DNA of 64,000 bases from Eledone cirrhosa. Taxonomy: Eukaryota. The position numbers and the translations under genes are program-made. Location: assembly GCA_964016885.1 (NCBI GenBank), contig OZ024759.1:4526001-4590000 (forward strand), in the 5' to 3' direction. The notes under the pieces are model-generated. The model made no database searches. It had not been told where the DNA came from and worked only from the letters and a program-made list of their open reading frames with translations. Of the stretch, positions 14,141 to 25,850 are shown piece after piece (within the stretch, counting starts at the first letter, position 1; each line of letters begins with the position of its first letter).

Positions 14141-14317
14141 TTTTGTTTCAATATATTAAGCTACAGACTAAGCTATACTACACAACACACTTCATTGGAA
14201 CACACACCTGTCGCTGTGTTACATCTCGCTGTTTGTTACACCTCTCTGTATGTTACACCTGCTGTTGTCTTGACCCACTATATTAAGTTATAAACAAAGC
14301 TATACTACACCACTTAC

Positions 14318-14454
14318 CTGTCTGACAGTTGCTACCTTCATAACCAGCAGTACATCCTCCACTAGAACACACACCTGTCTGTTTGTTATATTTACTGTTG
14401 TCAACACAGTGACATGTGTTGCCACATTGGCTCCAAATATACCATTTCTACAGA
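14318..14454 (-). pseudogene. Frameshifted EGF pseudo-exon (near copy of 1854-1991)
   Basis: 137 nt: 1-nt deletion (GCC AA- TGT) plus Cys-to-Tyr (NSKYNK); both splice sites intact. Confidence 0.75.
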
Positions 14455-14675
14455 CTGTGGAAATAAAAATATGAGAACAATGACAACAACAACAACATAT
14501 AACACTATACAAGATAATCATCATCCTCATCATTACCATATAATGTCCATTTTCTATGCTAGCATGGGTTAGATATACTGTCCCATTGTGAGAAAAGTTG
14601 GGTCAGATGGCCATGTCTTGCTTATGCAGAACTGATTTGGGATTGGTTTTGATGGCTGGATGCCCTTCCAAATGC

Positions 14676-15128
14676 CAACCACTTTACAGTGTGGACTGGG
14701 CACTTTTTGTTGTGTCACCAACTTGACCACTTTACAATGAGAGCTGAGCACTTTTTGTTGTGGCATTATCACAACCATTTTACAGTGTGTGCTGGGCACT
14801 TTTTGTTGTGGCATTATCACAACCATTTTACAGTGTGTGCTGGGCACTTTTTGTTGTGGCATTATCACAACCATTTTACAGTGTGTGCTGGGCACTTTTT
14901 GTTGTGGCACTATCACAACCATTTTACAGTGTCGGCTGGGCACTTTTTGTTGTGACACTATCACAAGCACTTTATAGTGTGGGCTGGGCATTTTTGTTGT
15001 GGCACTATCACAACCACTTTACAATGAGGGCTGGGCACATTTTGTGTCACCAACATGACCACTTTATAGTGTGGGCTGGGCATTTTCGTTGTGGCACTAT
15101 CACAACCACTTTACAGTGTGGACTGGGG
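14676..15128. repeat. 48-bp tandem repeat, about 9 copies, inside a SINE/RTE-tail-type element
   Basis: Unit ttttgttgtggcattatcacaaccattttacagtgtgtgctgggcact following ggctggatgcccttcc. Confidence 0.85.
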
Positions 15129-15332
15129 ACTTGAGTGGGGCAGTTGCATGGGGATTGAGGAGGTAGATTTAGGGGCATGGGTGAGGGGTGGGGATTTAGT
15201 AGCTCACTGACCTTTCTTCAACCCATTCTCACACTGGCTACTGTGCTTTCAGAACACCTTCCTCCACTGCAAGTAACAGAAACTATGTACCACTTCTTCA
15301 TAACCAGCACCACACCCTCTACTGTAACACAC

Positions 15333-15487
15333 CTGTCTTACAGTTGCTATCTTCATAACCATCACCACACACTTCACTGGAACACACACCTGTCTCTGTG
15401 TTACATCTAGCTGTTTGTTACACCTGCTGTTGTTAGTACAGTGACATGTGTGTTTACAGTTAGGTCCAAATTTACCTGTTTTACACC
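15333..15487 (-). pseudogene. Frameshifted EGF pseudo-exon
   Basis: Good tttcag acceptor, CKTGKFGPNCKHTCHCTNNSRCN, then a 17-nt internal duplication (155 = 138+17); donor replaced by a partial repeat of the exon 3' half. Confidence 0.75.
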
Positions 15488-15650
15488 CTGAAAATAAAAA
15501 TATGGAATGTTCTGCATGAGTATGCGGTCGAAGGACAGCTACTTGCTCCGATAAATCATGTCACTTCTAACACATGTAGCATACATGTTTCCCTTCCATG
15601 TAATAACCCAATATATTAAGTTAGAAACAAAGCTATACTACACCACTTAC

Positions 15651-15788
15651 CTGTCTGACAGTTGCTACCTTCATAACCAGCAGCACATCCTCCACTAGAA
15701 CACACACCTGTCTCTTTGTTACACCTGCTGTTATCAGCACAGTGACATGTGTATTTACAGTTGGGTCCAAATTTACCTGTTTTACAGA
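15651..15788 (-). CDS. EGF-like cassette exon
   Basis: cgacag/gtaagt, 138 nt: [45 protein letters not shown]; one residue differs from the 16522 copy. Confidence 0.8.
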
Positions 15789-16521
15789 CTGTCGGTATTA
15801 AATATGAGAACAATGACAATTACAGCAACATATAACACTATACAAGATAATAAATATCATAATTATATCATCTATATATATATGGTGGCACATGGCTTAA
15901 TGGTTAGAGCATTGGCCTTGCAATCGAAAGGTTGTGAGTTAAATTCTCAGACCGGGTGATGTGTTGTTTCCTTGAGCAAGACACTTTATTTCACATTGCT
16001 CCAGTTTACTCAGCTGTAGAAATGAGATGATAGGGACTGGGGTCCCTATCATTCCACTGCAAAGTGGTCGTGGAGGTGCCATGGCAAAAAAGCACCCAGT
16101 ACTCACTGTAAATAAGGTTGGTGTTAGGAAGGGCATCCAGCTGTAGAAATCAAGCCAGAATCAGTTTCCGTCCCACCCTTGCAAGCAGGGAAAAGCGAAC
16201 GTAAAATGATGATGAGTCTAACCCATGCTGGCGTGGAAGATGGACGTTAAACGAAGATGATGATGATATTATAGTGTTGTCATCTATGATATAGTGATAT
16301 CATCTATACTATATCTCTACAACCTATATGATATCTATATCCTATATATTATATCTAATCATCTGTATTATATCTATATCATCTGTATTATATCTATATC
16401 ATCTGTATTATATCTATATCATCATAACCAGCATCACACCTGTCTCTGTCTGTTTTTTTACACCTGCTGTTGTTTTGTTTCATATATCAAGTTAGAAACA
16501 AATCTGTACTACAGTACTTAC

Positions 16522-16659
16522 CTGTTTGACAGTTGCTACCTTCATAACCAGCAGCACATCCTCCACTTGAACACACACCTGTCTCTTTGTTACACCTGCT
16601 GTTATCTGCGCAGTGACATGTGTATTTACAGTTGGCTCCAAATTTACCTGTTTTACAGA
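16522..16659 (-). CDS. EGF-like cassette exon
   Basis: tttcag/gtaagt, 138 nt: [45 protein letters not shown]. Confidence 0.85.
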
Positions 16660-17402
16660 CTGAAAATAAAAATATGGAAGTCTAAATATATTTAATAATT
16701 CACATTAATTTCTGATATTTTCATATTTTACATGGTAGACATTATTTGAATTTTGAAAATGTGAGACCAGAGAAATTGCTTCATGTGACACTGTAAGAAA
16801 ACATTAAAGAAAACATTAAAAAAATGAAATGTATATCTTCTTCTTTATCATTAAGAATGTCAGCAGCAGCAGCACCACACACACACACACATATATATAT
16901 ACAGAGAGAGAGAGAAGAGAGAGAGTAGTTAATAATAAATACAAAGACCAAAATCTAGAGAGGGCTCAATAAGATAAGAGTTTTATGTATATGTATATAT
17001 ATGTATCATCATCATCATCATTTTACGTCCACTTTTCCCTGGTTGCGAGGGTGGGATGGCTTGATTTCTACAGCTGGATGCCCTTCCTAACACCAACCTT
17101 ATTTACAGTGAGTGCTGGGGGCTTTTTTGCTGTGGCACCTCCACGACCACTTTACAGTGGAATGATAGGGACCGCAATCCCTATCATCTCATTTCTACAG
17201 CTGAGTAAACTGGAGCAATGTGAAATAAAGTGTCTTGCTCAAGGAAACAACACATCACCCGGTTTGAGAATTGAACTCACAACCTTTTGATTGCAAGGCC
17301 AATGCTCTAACCACTAAGCCATAGAGAGAGAGAGAAGTGAGAGAGTAGTTAATAATAAATACAAACACCAAAATCTGGAGAGGGCTCAATAAGATAAGAG
17401 TT

Positions 17403-20400
17403 ATCATCATCATCATCATCATCGTTTAACGTCCCTGTTCCACGCTTGCATGGGTTTGGACGGGAGTTTTCCGACTTGAGGCAAGAGTGGTTGTCTTGCT
17501 CGCATAGGACTGTCTGGCGGGTTTTCTACAGCTGGATGCCCTTCCTAACACCAACCACATTTACAGTGTGGGGCTGGGAGGTTTTTACCGTGTTGCCTAC
17601 ACGGCCACATTACAGCGTGGACTGTGTTTTTTTGTCGTGACACCTACACGATCTCATTTGTTTCGGCCTGGATGTTGTGGTACCAACATAACTTTACATG
17701 GAAAGGGGTGGTGTGGATGGGGTGGGGGTGTGGGTAGTGGGTGAATTTTGTTAGATATGCCTACTGACTGTAGTAGGTTTTACTTTGTATTTAGGTAAGG
17801 CGGGTCTTCTCTATTACTGAGTACCGCCAAAGGTCTCGGTCCAGTGACATTGTCTTGGAGAGGTGTAAGTGTGTGAGGTCGGAATTTATCAGCTCGTCCC
17901 AGGTTTTTCTGGGTCTGCCTACTCCGTGGCTACCGTCTATCTTTATTGCCCTGCACTTTGTTATACAGTTGTCGTCTTTCATGCGCATCACGTGACCATA
18001 CCAACGTAGCCTTCTCTCGAGTAAACAACATCTGATCCCTCTTATTTCTAATTTTTTCCTTAGTTCGTTTATGCTCTGCCGTTCACGTATATTACTATTA
18101 CACATCCAGCGGAGCATGCAAGCTTCGTTCCTCTCTAGTCTGCGTATATCCTCTGCACACAATGCCCAGGTCTCACTGCCATGCAACATTGCTGTTTGTA
18201 TGCAGGCATTATACAACCTGCCTTTCATTCTTAGGGAGAACCCTTTAGCGGCTAATAGTGGTTGTAGCGGTTGTCTCCCTTGTTGTGACTCACAACCCCA
18301 ATAGATTAACAACATCTAGACGGGAAGTAGAACCCTTTCTGTAACTTCTGGTCAGAACCCTATAAAACTAACAACTTTAAGTTCTCATTCTCTCATTTGC
18401 CCTTCCAGCGCCTGGCCTTCGCCAGGCGTCTCGCCTTTACCAGGCGTCTCGCCTTTGCCTGGCAATCAAAACGGTAACTACTAACTTTGCTTCATTCTAT
18501 CATCTATTTCTTTGACATGTCAACTATACTGTTCTATATATATCCATGATTGTTAATTAAATATTATACACACAAACCATGTCTCCTTGTTACATTCATA
18601 CAACCCAGTATCTACGCTATATGGTATAAGCTCTCTGAACTTTTTCCATCCAGTTCTGACTCTAGCTACTGTACTTACAGAGCACCCTCCCCCACTGCTG
18701 ATTTTGTCACCCAGGTAACGGAAGCTGTCCACTATTTCTATAGAACCCTCTGCGCAATTGAAAGAGCTAGTATTCTGTGGGCACTTGCTGCTACTTATTG
18801 CACCAGAGCACCGGCCACATGTAAAATCTATGTTCTTAGTAAGCTTACCTGTGATCCCACTACATCTTTTATGCATCCATACTTTGCATTTGGGACATAA
18901 AATGGAGTTTCTACCTACGCCTTTCCTACACACTGAGCATGGCCACTTCCCGGAAGGGACCGCCGCCTTATTTTCTTTCTTACAAACTAGAACTTTAGTC
19001 TTAGCCAGGTTAATTTTAAGGCCTTTTGATTCTAGGCCATGTTTGGAATTTCTTCTCTAGCTCGGCCATTGATTCAGCTATGAGCGTTAGATCATCTGCG
19101 TATAGGAGTTCCTATGGGCAGCCGGTCTTGAACTCCTCTGTTATAGCCTGAAGGACAATAATAAATAGTAGGGGGCTAAGAACAGAGCCTTGATGGACAC
19201 CAACTTTTACGCTAAACTCTTCACTATATTTGTTGTTAATTCTAACCTTACTGACTGTTTCTTTATACATGGCTTGTATAGCTCTCACAAGCCATTCATA
19301 AACACCGAGTTTTCTAAGAGCCCACCAGATAATGGAATGGGGGACTCTGTCGAAGGCTTTCTCCAAGTCGACAAAAGCTAAGTATAGGGGTTTACTTTTA
19401 GCTAGGTACTTCTCCTGTAGTTGTCGTACAATGAAAAGAGCGTCTGTGGTACTTTTGCCTGACACAAACCCGAACTGCATTTCATCTAGATCAATTCTCT
19501 CTCTGATTAGTTGCGCTATTACTTTTTCTGTGACCTTCATGACCTGGTCGATTAATTTAATGCCTCTATAGTTACTCCTATCTAGGGCATCTCCTTTACC
19601 CTTGTAACAGTTAATGATGCTGCTGCTACGCCAGTCCTTCGGAACAACCCCATTCTGTACGACTTGGTTTACTATCCGGGTGACCATGGTGTGTCCCACC
19701 GTTCCAGATGCCTTCAGTATCTCAGCAACTATTTCCGAAGGCCCAGCCGCCTTACCCGTCTTCATATCTTTGATTGCCTTACTTATTATACTACCCTCGA
19801 CTAACACTGCTGGTCCCTCTATTGGATCGATGTGGGGGAGACTGTCTTTCTCCCATTTATTCTCCTCATTTAGTAGCCTTTCGTAGTGACACTTCCAAGC
19901 TACCTTCTTATCAGCATCGGTGATGGCAAGTACGCCATCATCATTAAGTACACACTTCTCCCCAACAATATCACGGTTTTCCTTGACACATTGCCTAGCA
20001 ATCCTGAACACCTCACGTTTTTGGTCCTCGCATTGTAGTACATGCTTGGACTTTCTTTCCTCTGCTTCCCTTCTTTCGAAGTACACTTGTCTCCTAGCTT
20101 CCCTCCTGGCCACTTGATAGTTTTCTCTACTTCCCCATCCCGCCATACTTTCCAAGCCTGCTTTTTGGCCTTAATTGACCCCTCTACCTTACTGTTCCAC
20201 CACCATGTTACTCTCCTCCTGCCTACAGGCCTGCTCCAGCCACAGACTTCATCTGCCGCCATCAGCAGGTTTGCTTTCAGGAATTCCCACTGTTCCTCTA
20301 TATTGTACGACTCTAATTGCTCTTCCTTACTGTCGAAAGCATCAAGTAATATGCTTTTAAATTTATTTCTGGCTGTGGGGTCCTTTAGCTTCCATATTTT

Positions 20401-21311
20401 CCTCCTGAGGATAGTCCTCTTCTGCTGTCTAGTACGTCTCGTCCTGACTATTAGGTCGCTAATTATCAGTCTATGTTGGGACGTGCATTCTTCATGGGGG
20501 AGGGATTTAGTGTTTACAACAGACACTCTGTCACGTCTTCTGGTAAGGATATAATCTACCTGGCTTGTGTGTTCCCCCGATCTATAGGTGATCAGGTGAT
20601 TGTCTCGTTTTTTGAAGTTAGTGTTACAGATAGTTAGGTTATTTGCGTCACAGAATTCCAGGATTCTGGAGCCTTCCACATTTCTAGTACCAAACCCATA
20701 GCCTCCATGGATTCCGTCGTAGCCGTCACAATGTTGTCCAACGTGACCATTTAGGTCGCCTGCAATAATTATATAGTCACTGTCAGATATTTGGGAGGTA
20801 GTTAGCAACAGTGTCTCATAGAATCTGTCTTTTATAGAGCCAGGCAGTCTGGATTGGGGTGCGTACGCAGATATTACTGTCACCGTAGTTCTATTGAGGA
20901 CAAGTCTTATTTTAATTATTCTGTCGTTCACTATATTTACGTCTATTATCTTATCTGCCCACTTTTCTGCTACCATGATTCCTACCCCACCCAGCCTATT
21001 GTCATTTCCCACCCAGAAAAGCTTATAGCATCGTTTTTTACCCACAATGAATCTAGCAGACCCACCCTCCACCTGGTCTCTTGGATACAGCAAACATCAA
21101 CCTCCTTACGTTCAAGCATTTCTACAACCTCGTTGGAGCGACCCTTTAAGGTGCCTACATTCATGGTACCAACTCTGAAGTTTTGGATTGCGTTTGGTGG
21201 GTGGGAGCGGTGGGGCACGGGGGGAGATGGGGTTATGTTAGCCATCCGCGGCCGAAACAAAGAGGAGGAGTGCTCGCATTCTCGTCCACGAGGTGAATGA
21301 GGTGAATTTGT

Positions 21312-21312
<1 letters not shown>
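17403..21312 (-). mobile_element. RTE-clade LINE, near full length, disrupted
   Basis: APE (TMNVGTL, QETRW, GDLNGHVG, QVDYIL), RT (NYRGIKL, QFGF, FVDLEKAFD, GVHQGSVLSPLLF, YADD), C-terminal LRWYGHVMRM/GRPRKTW, (GAT)n tail; frameshifts and stops. Confidence 0.95.
18263..18621. mobile_element. Probable solo LTR inserted in the RTE
   Basis: TGTAGCG...CGCTATA ends, 4-bp TSD TGGT, splits FRELIP|LLAAKGF. Confidence 0.75.

Positions 21313-21314
<2 letters not shown>

Positions 21315-21380
<66 letters not shown>
21315..21380. repeat. (TA)n microsatellite (others at 21948-21998, 22466-22630, 22872-22912, 23590-23646, 23908-24022)
   Basis: Direct reading. Confidence 0.98.
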
Positions 21381-21381
<1 letters not shown>

Positions 21382-21564
21382 TCAATACATAAACAGAGAA
21401 AGCCTTAAGCGATACTCTGACCAACACCATCTCACTCAACAAACATTAGGATATACCTAAGTATTTTCCTAATTTAGTGTTTGGGGTGCTAACTAATCAG
21501 TATTTCGTGGATAGCTGGTTGTATTATTTTATATGAGACATTATTAAATAAATATCTCTTTCCT

Positions 21565-21688
21565 TCCAGACGGCCGTTTCTTTATAAGATTTCTACAATT
21601 TGGGATAAATAATTTCCAGGTTATGTAGAAACTTGTATATAATCCATAGTTTTATACACAAGCGGGCTCTTATAAACTCATCAGTGGA
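21565..21688 (-). ncRNA. Type I hammerhead ribozyme motif with branched 97-nt stem II
   Basis: UCCA CUGAUGA G UUUAUAAGA...UCUUAUAAA GAAAC GGCC GUC UGGA; C11.1 absent. Confidence 0.8.
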
Positions 21689-21946
21689 TGCCCAAATAAT
21701 ATCGATATAAGAATTATATCGACATTAATAGATTAGTGATGGTCTCCCTCAGCGCTAAGAAGATCCAGCGCTTAGAAAATCCAGCAGTCCTCTCAAAGAT
21801 AAAATACACGCTGTCCCCAAGAGGGTAAAGGGAGGTCATCTTAAAATAAAACAATATACACGCTGGTCATTTAAACCTGTTAGGTATTAACCACGTGTAT
21901 AAGAACTCAATTGGATATTAAAAGAATAACCATATGTATAGACAAT

Positions 21947-21992
<46 letters not shown>

Positions 21993-22236
21993 TATATAAA
22001 TAAATCTATAGAGCAAATATTTCTAATATTTCAGATCAGTGGTTGGCGTTGGGAAGGGCATCCAGCCGTAAAAAAACAGTCAGAAACTCTCGTATATGAG
22101 CGAGACATGGTCACCCGACCCAACATGCCTCTAAATGGGACAACCCTGTCTAACCCAAGCTAGCATGGAAGATAGACGTTAATTGATGATGATGATGATG
22201 ATACATATATATATATAGCTACATTACACCACTTAC

Positions 22237-22374
22237 CTGTCTGACAGTTGCTACCTTCATAACCAGCAGTACACCCTCCACTGTAACACACACCTGTCTC
22301 TGTGTTACATTTGCTGTTGTCTGCACAGTGACAATTTCTACTACAGCTGGGACCAAACTTTCCTACAGGACACA
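22237..22374 (-). CDS. EGF-like exon with damaged acceptor (GG instead of AG)
   Basis: 138 nt open: [45 protein letters not shown]; gtaagt donor intact; upstream reads ttctatgg. May be skipped or use an internal AG. Confidence 0.6.
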
Positions 22375-22462
22375 CCATAGAAAATATTTAAAATTCACTT
22401 CTAATATTCACTCACTTTTTTCAGGTAACATGTTTGATGTTTGTAAAACCTATGAAGACCTG

Positions 22463-22543
<81 letters not shown>

Positions 22544-22695
22544 TATACATATATATATATATTAACATATATATATATATATATACACATATATATACAT
22601 ATATATATACACATATATATATACATATATACTGAAGTAAAAGTTAAGTGGAAATATCCAAGAGTAAGAGCACTCAGTCCATAGGACGAGTTTAG

Positions 22696-22875
22696 TATAA
22701 ATAATTACAACAGTGACATAAACAGGTACTCAAGTTTGAATGGGTTCTGGGCCCCAATTTCTTCAGCCTGTCATGAGATGTTTTCCATTTTCCTCATGAC
22801 AGGCTGAAGAAATTTGGGGCCGAGAACCCAACGAAACTTGAGTACCTGTTTATGTCACTGTTGTAATTATTTATA
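22696..22875. repeat. ~82-bp inverted repeat, each arm carrying a hammerhead motif
   Basis: Arms 22696-22777 and 22793-22875. Confidence 0.9.
22798..22850 (+). ncRNA. Type I hammerhead ribozyme motif
   Basis: GACAGG CUGAAGA aauUUGGG gccgagaa CCCAAc GAAAC UUGA GUA CCUGUU; stem II closing pair imperfect. Confidence 0.7.
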
Positions 22876-22877
22876 TC

Positions 22878-22916
<39 letters not shown>

Positions 22917-23023
22917 AATTAATTAAATTAAATTAAATTAGATTAAGGGAGTCATGTCCAAGACATGCGCCATATCCACCGAAGAATAAGCTCAAAGATT
23001 TCAATGAATAGATCCGAGCAGTT

Positions 23024-23351
23024 TATATCAACTAGAAATAGATTGACATATATATATATTTAAAATAAACACATGAAACAATCACAGGGGATAATTTGTA
23101 AAGTGTGTAATCACACATAGCTAGGTAGGTAACTAATTAAAGTTTAACTAGAGCTTCAAATATTTCCTTTTTAAAAAATTAATCATTTTTTTATTATTTT
23201 TTAAAAAGGTAATATTTGAAGCTCTAGTTAAACTTTAATTAGTTACCTACCTAGCTATGTGTGATTACACACTTTACAAATTATCCCCTGTCATTGTTTC
23301 ATGTGTTTATTTTAAATATATATCTATGTCAATCTATTTCTAGTTGATATA
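23024..23351. repeat. ~155-bp near-perfect inverted repeat
   Basis: Arms about 23024-23178 and 23197-23351 with a short AT-rich spacer. Confidence 0.92.
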
Positions 23352-23686
23352 TATATATATATATATCCAGGGAGTGTAACATGAAGTTACTGTAGGTTCA
23401 CCCAGGTGAGCACTCAATCTTTAGATTCTCGTCCGTCATTACAACAGCAGAGGTCCGACGACCTTTTGATTCCTCAGTCTGGCTAGATCAATACTGATCA
23501 AACTTTGAGCTGAGCAATAGCAAAACGTGCATCACCAATCAATAAACGTAATGAAGGCTTAACAAATCGTCATTGTATTATTATTATTATACACACACAC
23601 ACACATATATATGTATATATAAATATATATATATTTATATATATATCACAGAAAAAAAGATAGGAAAATCTGCTTCATAGAATCAA

Positions 23687-23782
23687 GACGTATCTGAGGA
23701 CCTTGCGATTTTCAAAGTCAGGTTTGATCATCACATCGATCGTGCCTCGAGCTGGTCGCCAGAGAAACAATTGTAATATGTC
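23687..23782 (+). ncRNA. Type I hammerhead ribozyme motif with 63-nt stem II
   Basis: GACGUAU CUGAGGA ccuuGCGAUU...GGUCGCcaga GAAAC AAUU GUA AUAUGUC, followed by AATAAA. Confidence 0.8.
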
Positions 23783-23984
23783 CAATAAATTCCGTTCGTC
23801 GCAACACTGATTCCCTTTTTTTCTGTGATATCATATTCTGCTCTATGAGAGCATTGAGTGCTCAAATGGCCTACCTCATACGGACACTTTAAGCATCCAA
23901 CACCAATTATATATATATATATATATACACACACACATATATATATACACACCCACACACATATATATATATACACATATGTAT

Positions 23985-24023
<39 letters not shown>

Positions 24024-24024
<1 letters not shown>

Positions 24025-25280
24025 CATCATCATCAGGTCGAGCTTGCTCGGCCTTCTACGACACGTTTCCTCCATCCATCTCTGTCTCTCATAGCGTTTG
24101 CCAGTTCTTCCACAGTGCATCCAGTATCGTCCTCAAGTTGCTTGACGTATGTCTTCTTGGGACGACCAGCGTTTCTTGCTCCAAGAGATGGACTCCATAA
24201 CAACACATCACCTGCTATTTCTTCCTTGCTGCGCCAACAGTGGCCAGCAAATCTGAGTATCTGTCCACATATTGACCTCCTGATAGGTGGTATATTGCCA
24301 TAGAGATCCTTATTTGTTGGGTGTTCCCTCCAAGACACATTTAAAGCAGCGTGGGGCATACGTGTGTATGCCCCGTCTAGCTTTTTCTCCAGTTTTGACG
24401 TTAGTGTCCAAGTGATAGAGCCATAAACAAGCACAGATTCCACAGCAGCTCTGAAGAAATTCCTTTTCAGTTTGACCAGCAGGTTTGATTTCTATATCTT
24501 CTCCATTGCATTCAATGCTCCCCGGGCTTTTCCCAGTCTGATGTTAACATCATGTTCTGTGGAGATGATATAGCTACCCAGGTATTTGAAGTCGTCAACT
24601 TGCTTGATTATATCACCGTTTAGACTTCGCATACCAACTGAGGAGTCTTGGTTCAGGCAAATATATTCTGTTTTGCCTGTCTTGACATAGAGTTGGATTT
24701 CCTTTGCAACTGATTCGATGCTGTGAAGTAGTGATGTTGCATCCTTAAGGTAGTCAGCGAGGACCGCTAAATCATCCACATAGTCAGCATCGGTGATTTT
24801 CTGAGCTGCATGGCGTCTACACTTTCGTTTTGTGAGAGTGAAACCAAGCTCTAAGTTTTCGTCCAGGGCTTTTCTCAATACATAGTCGAGGCAGATGATA
24901 AAAATGTATGGTGCAAGTGTATCCCCTTGGAGTACTCCTGCAATGATGTCAAAGAAGTTGGTATCTCCATCAGGTGAGCGCACCATTGCGCAGGTGTTTT
25001 TATATAACATCATGATGGCATTTACTGTTTCCCTTGGCAAGCCGTAGGCTAGAAGTATCTCTCTCATCCTCCCACGATGGATGGAATCGAATGCTTTTGA
25101 AAAGTCAATAAACAGGAGAGTTGCTGGGAGGTTTGGGCTTTTACACCTTCCAAGATACGCCGAATAGTAAGTATTTGCCCTGATGTTGATCTGTTGGTGC
25201 GGAAGCCCTTTTGGTTTTTTCTCAGCAAGGGGTCAATGACAGGTCTTATTCTGTCAAACAGCATGAGATTGTATATCTTT
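24024..25280 (-). mobile_element. 5'-truncated LINE (RTE/RTEX-like, second family)
   Basis: GVLQGDTLAPYIF, DYVDD, FKYLGS, LRFAGHCWR, GRPKKTY, (GAT)n tail. Confidence 0.9.
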
Positions 25281-25374
25281 GCGTGTGTGTATATATATAC
25301 ACACACGCACACATATATATGTATATACACACACACATATATATATACTGTAATATACATCATAATATACATAC

Positions 25375-25508
25375 CGTGGTGACAGTCAGGTCCCTGGTAA
25401 CTGGGTTGACAACCTCCACTGGAACACACACCTGTGATGAAGTTGTGGTGACATCAGCACAGTGGCAGGTTTCTTTACAGTTGAGGCCGTAGTTACCTTG
25501 ACGACACT
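25375..25508 (-). pseudogene. Frameshifted EGF pseudo-exon
   Basis: 134 nt (138-4): CRQGNYGLNCKETCHCADVT then shift, NFITGVCSSGGCQPSYQGPDCHH; fifth Cys deleted; weak gag acceptor, gtatgt donor. Confidence 0.75.
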
Positions 25509-25530
25509 CTCAAATATTGGACATTATGTA

Positions 25531-25850
25531 CCAACATCACCATCACCACCATCAACATCACCATCACCATCACCATTGTCCTCCTCACCACCACCACCAA
25601 CATCACCACCATCACCATCACCACCACCACCAACATCACCACCACCATCACCATCAACATCACCACCACCACCATCACCACCATCATTATCACCATCACC
25701 ATCATGACCACCACCATCAACATTATCACCATCATCACCATCACTACCACCATCATCAGCATCATTCTTATCACCATCACCACCATCACCATTGTCCTCC
25801 TCATCACCACCACCACCACCACCACCACCATCATCATCACCACCACCATC
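25531..25850. repeat. (CAC/CAT)n low-complexity tract
   Basis: Produces spurious poly-His/Pro/Gly ORFs. Confidence 0.95.
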
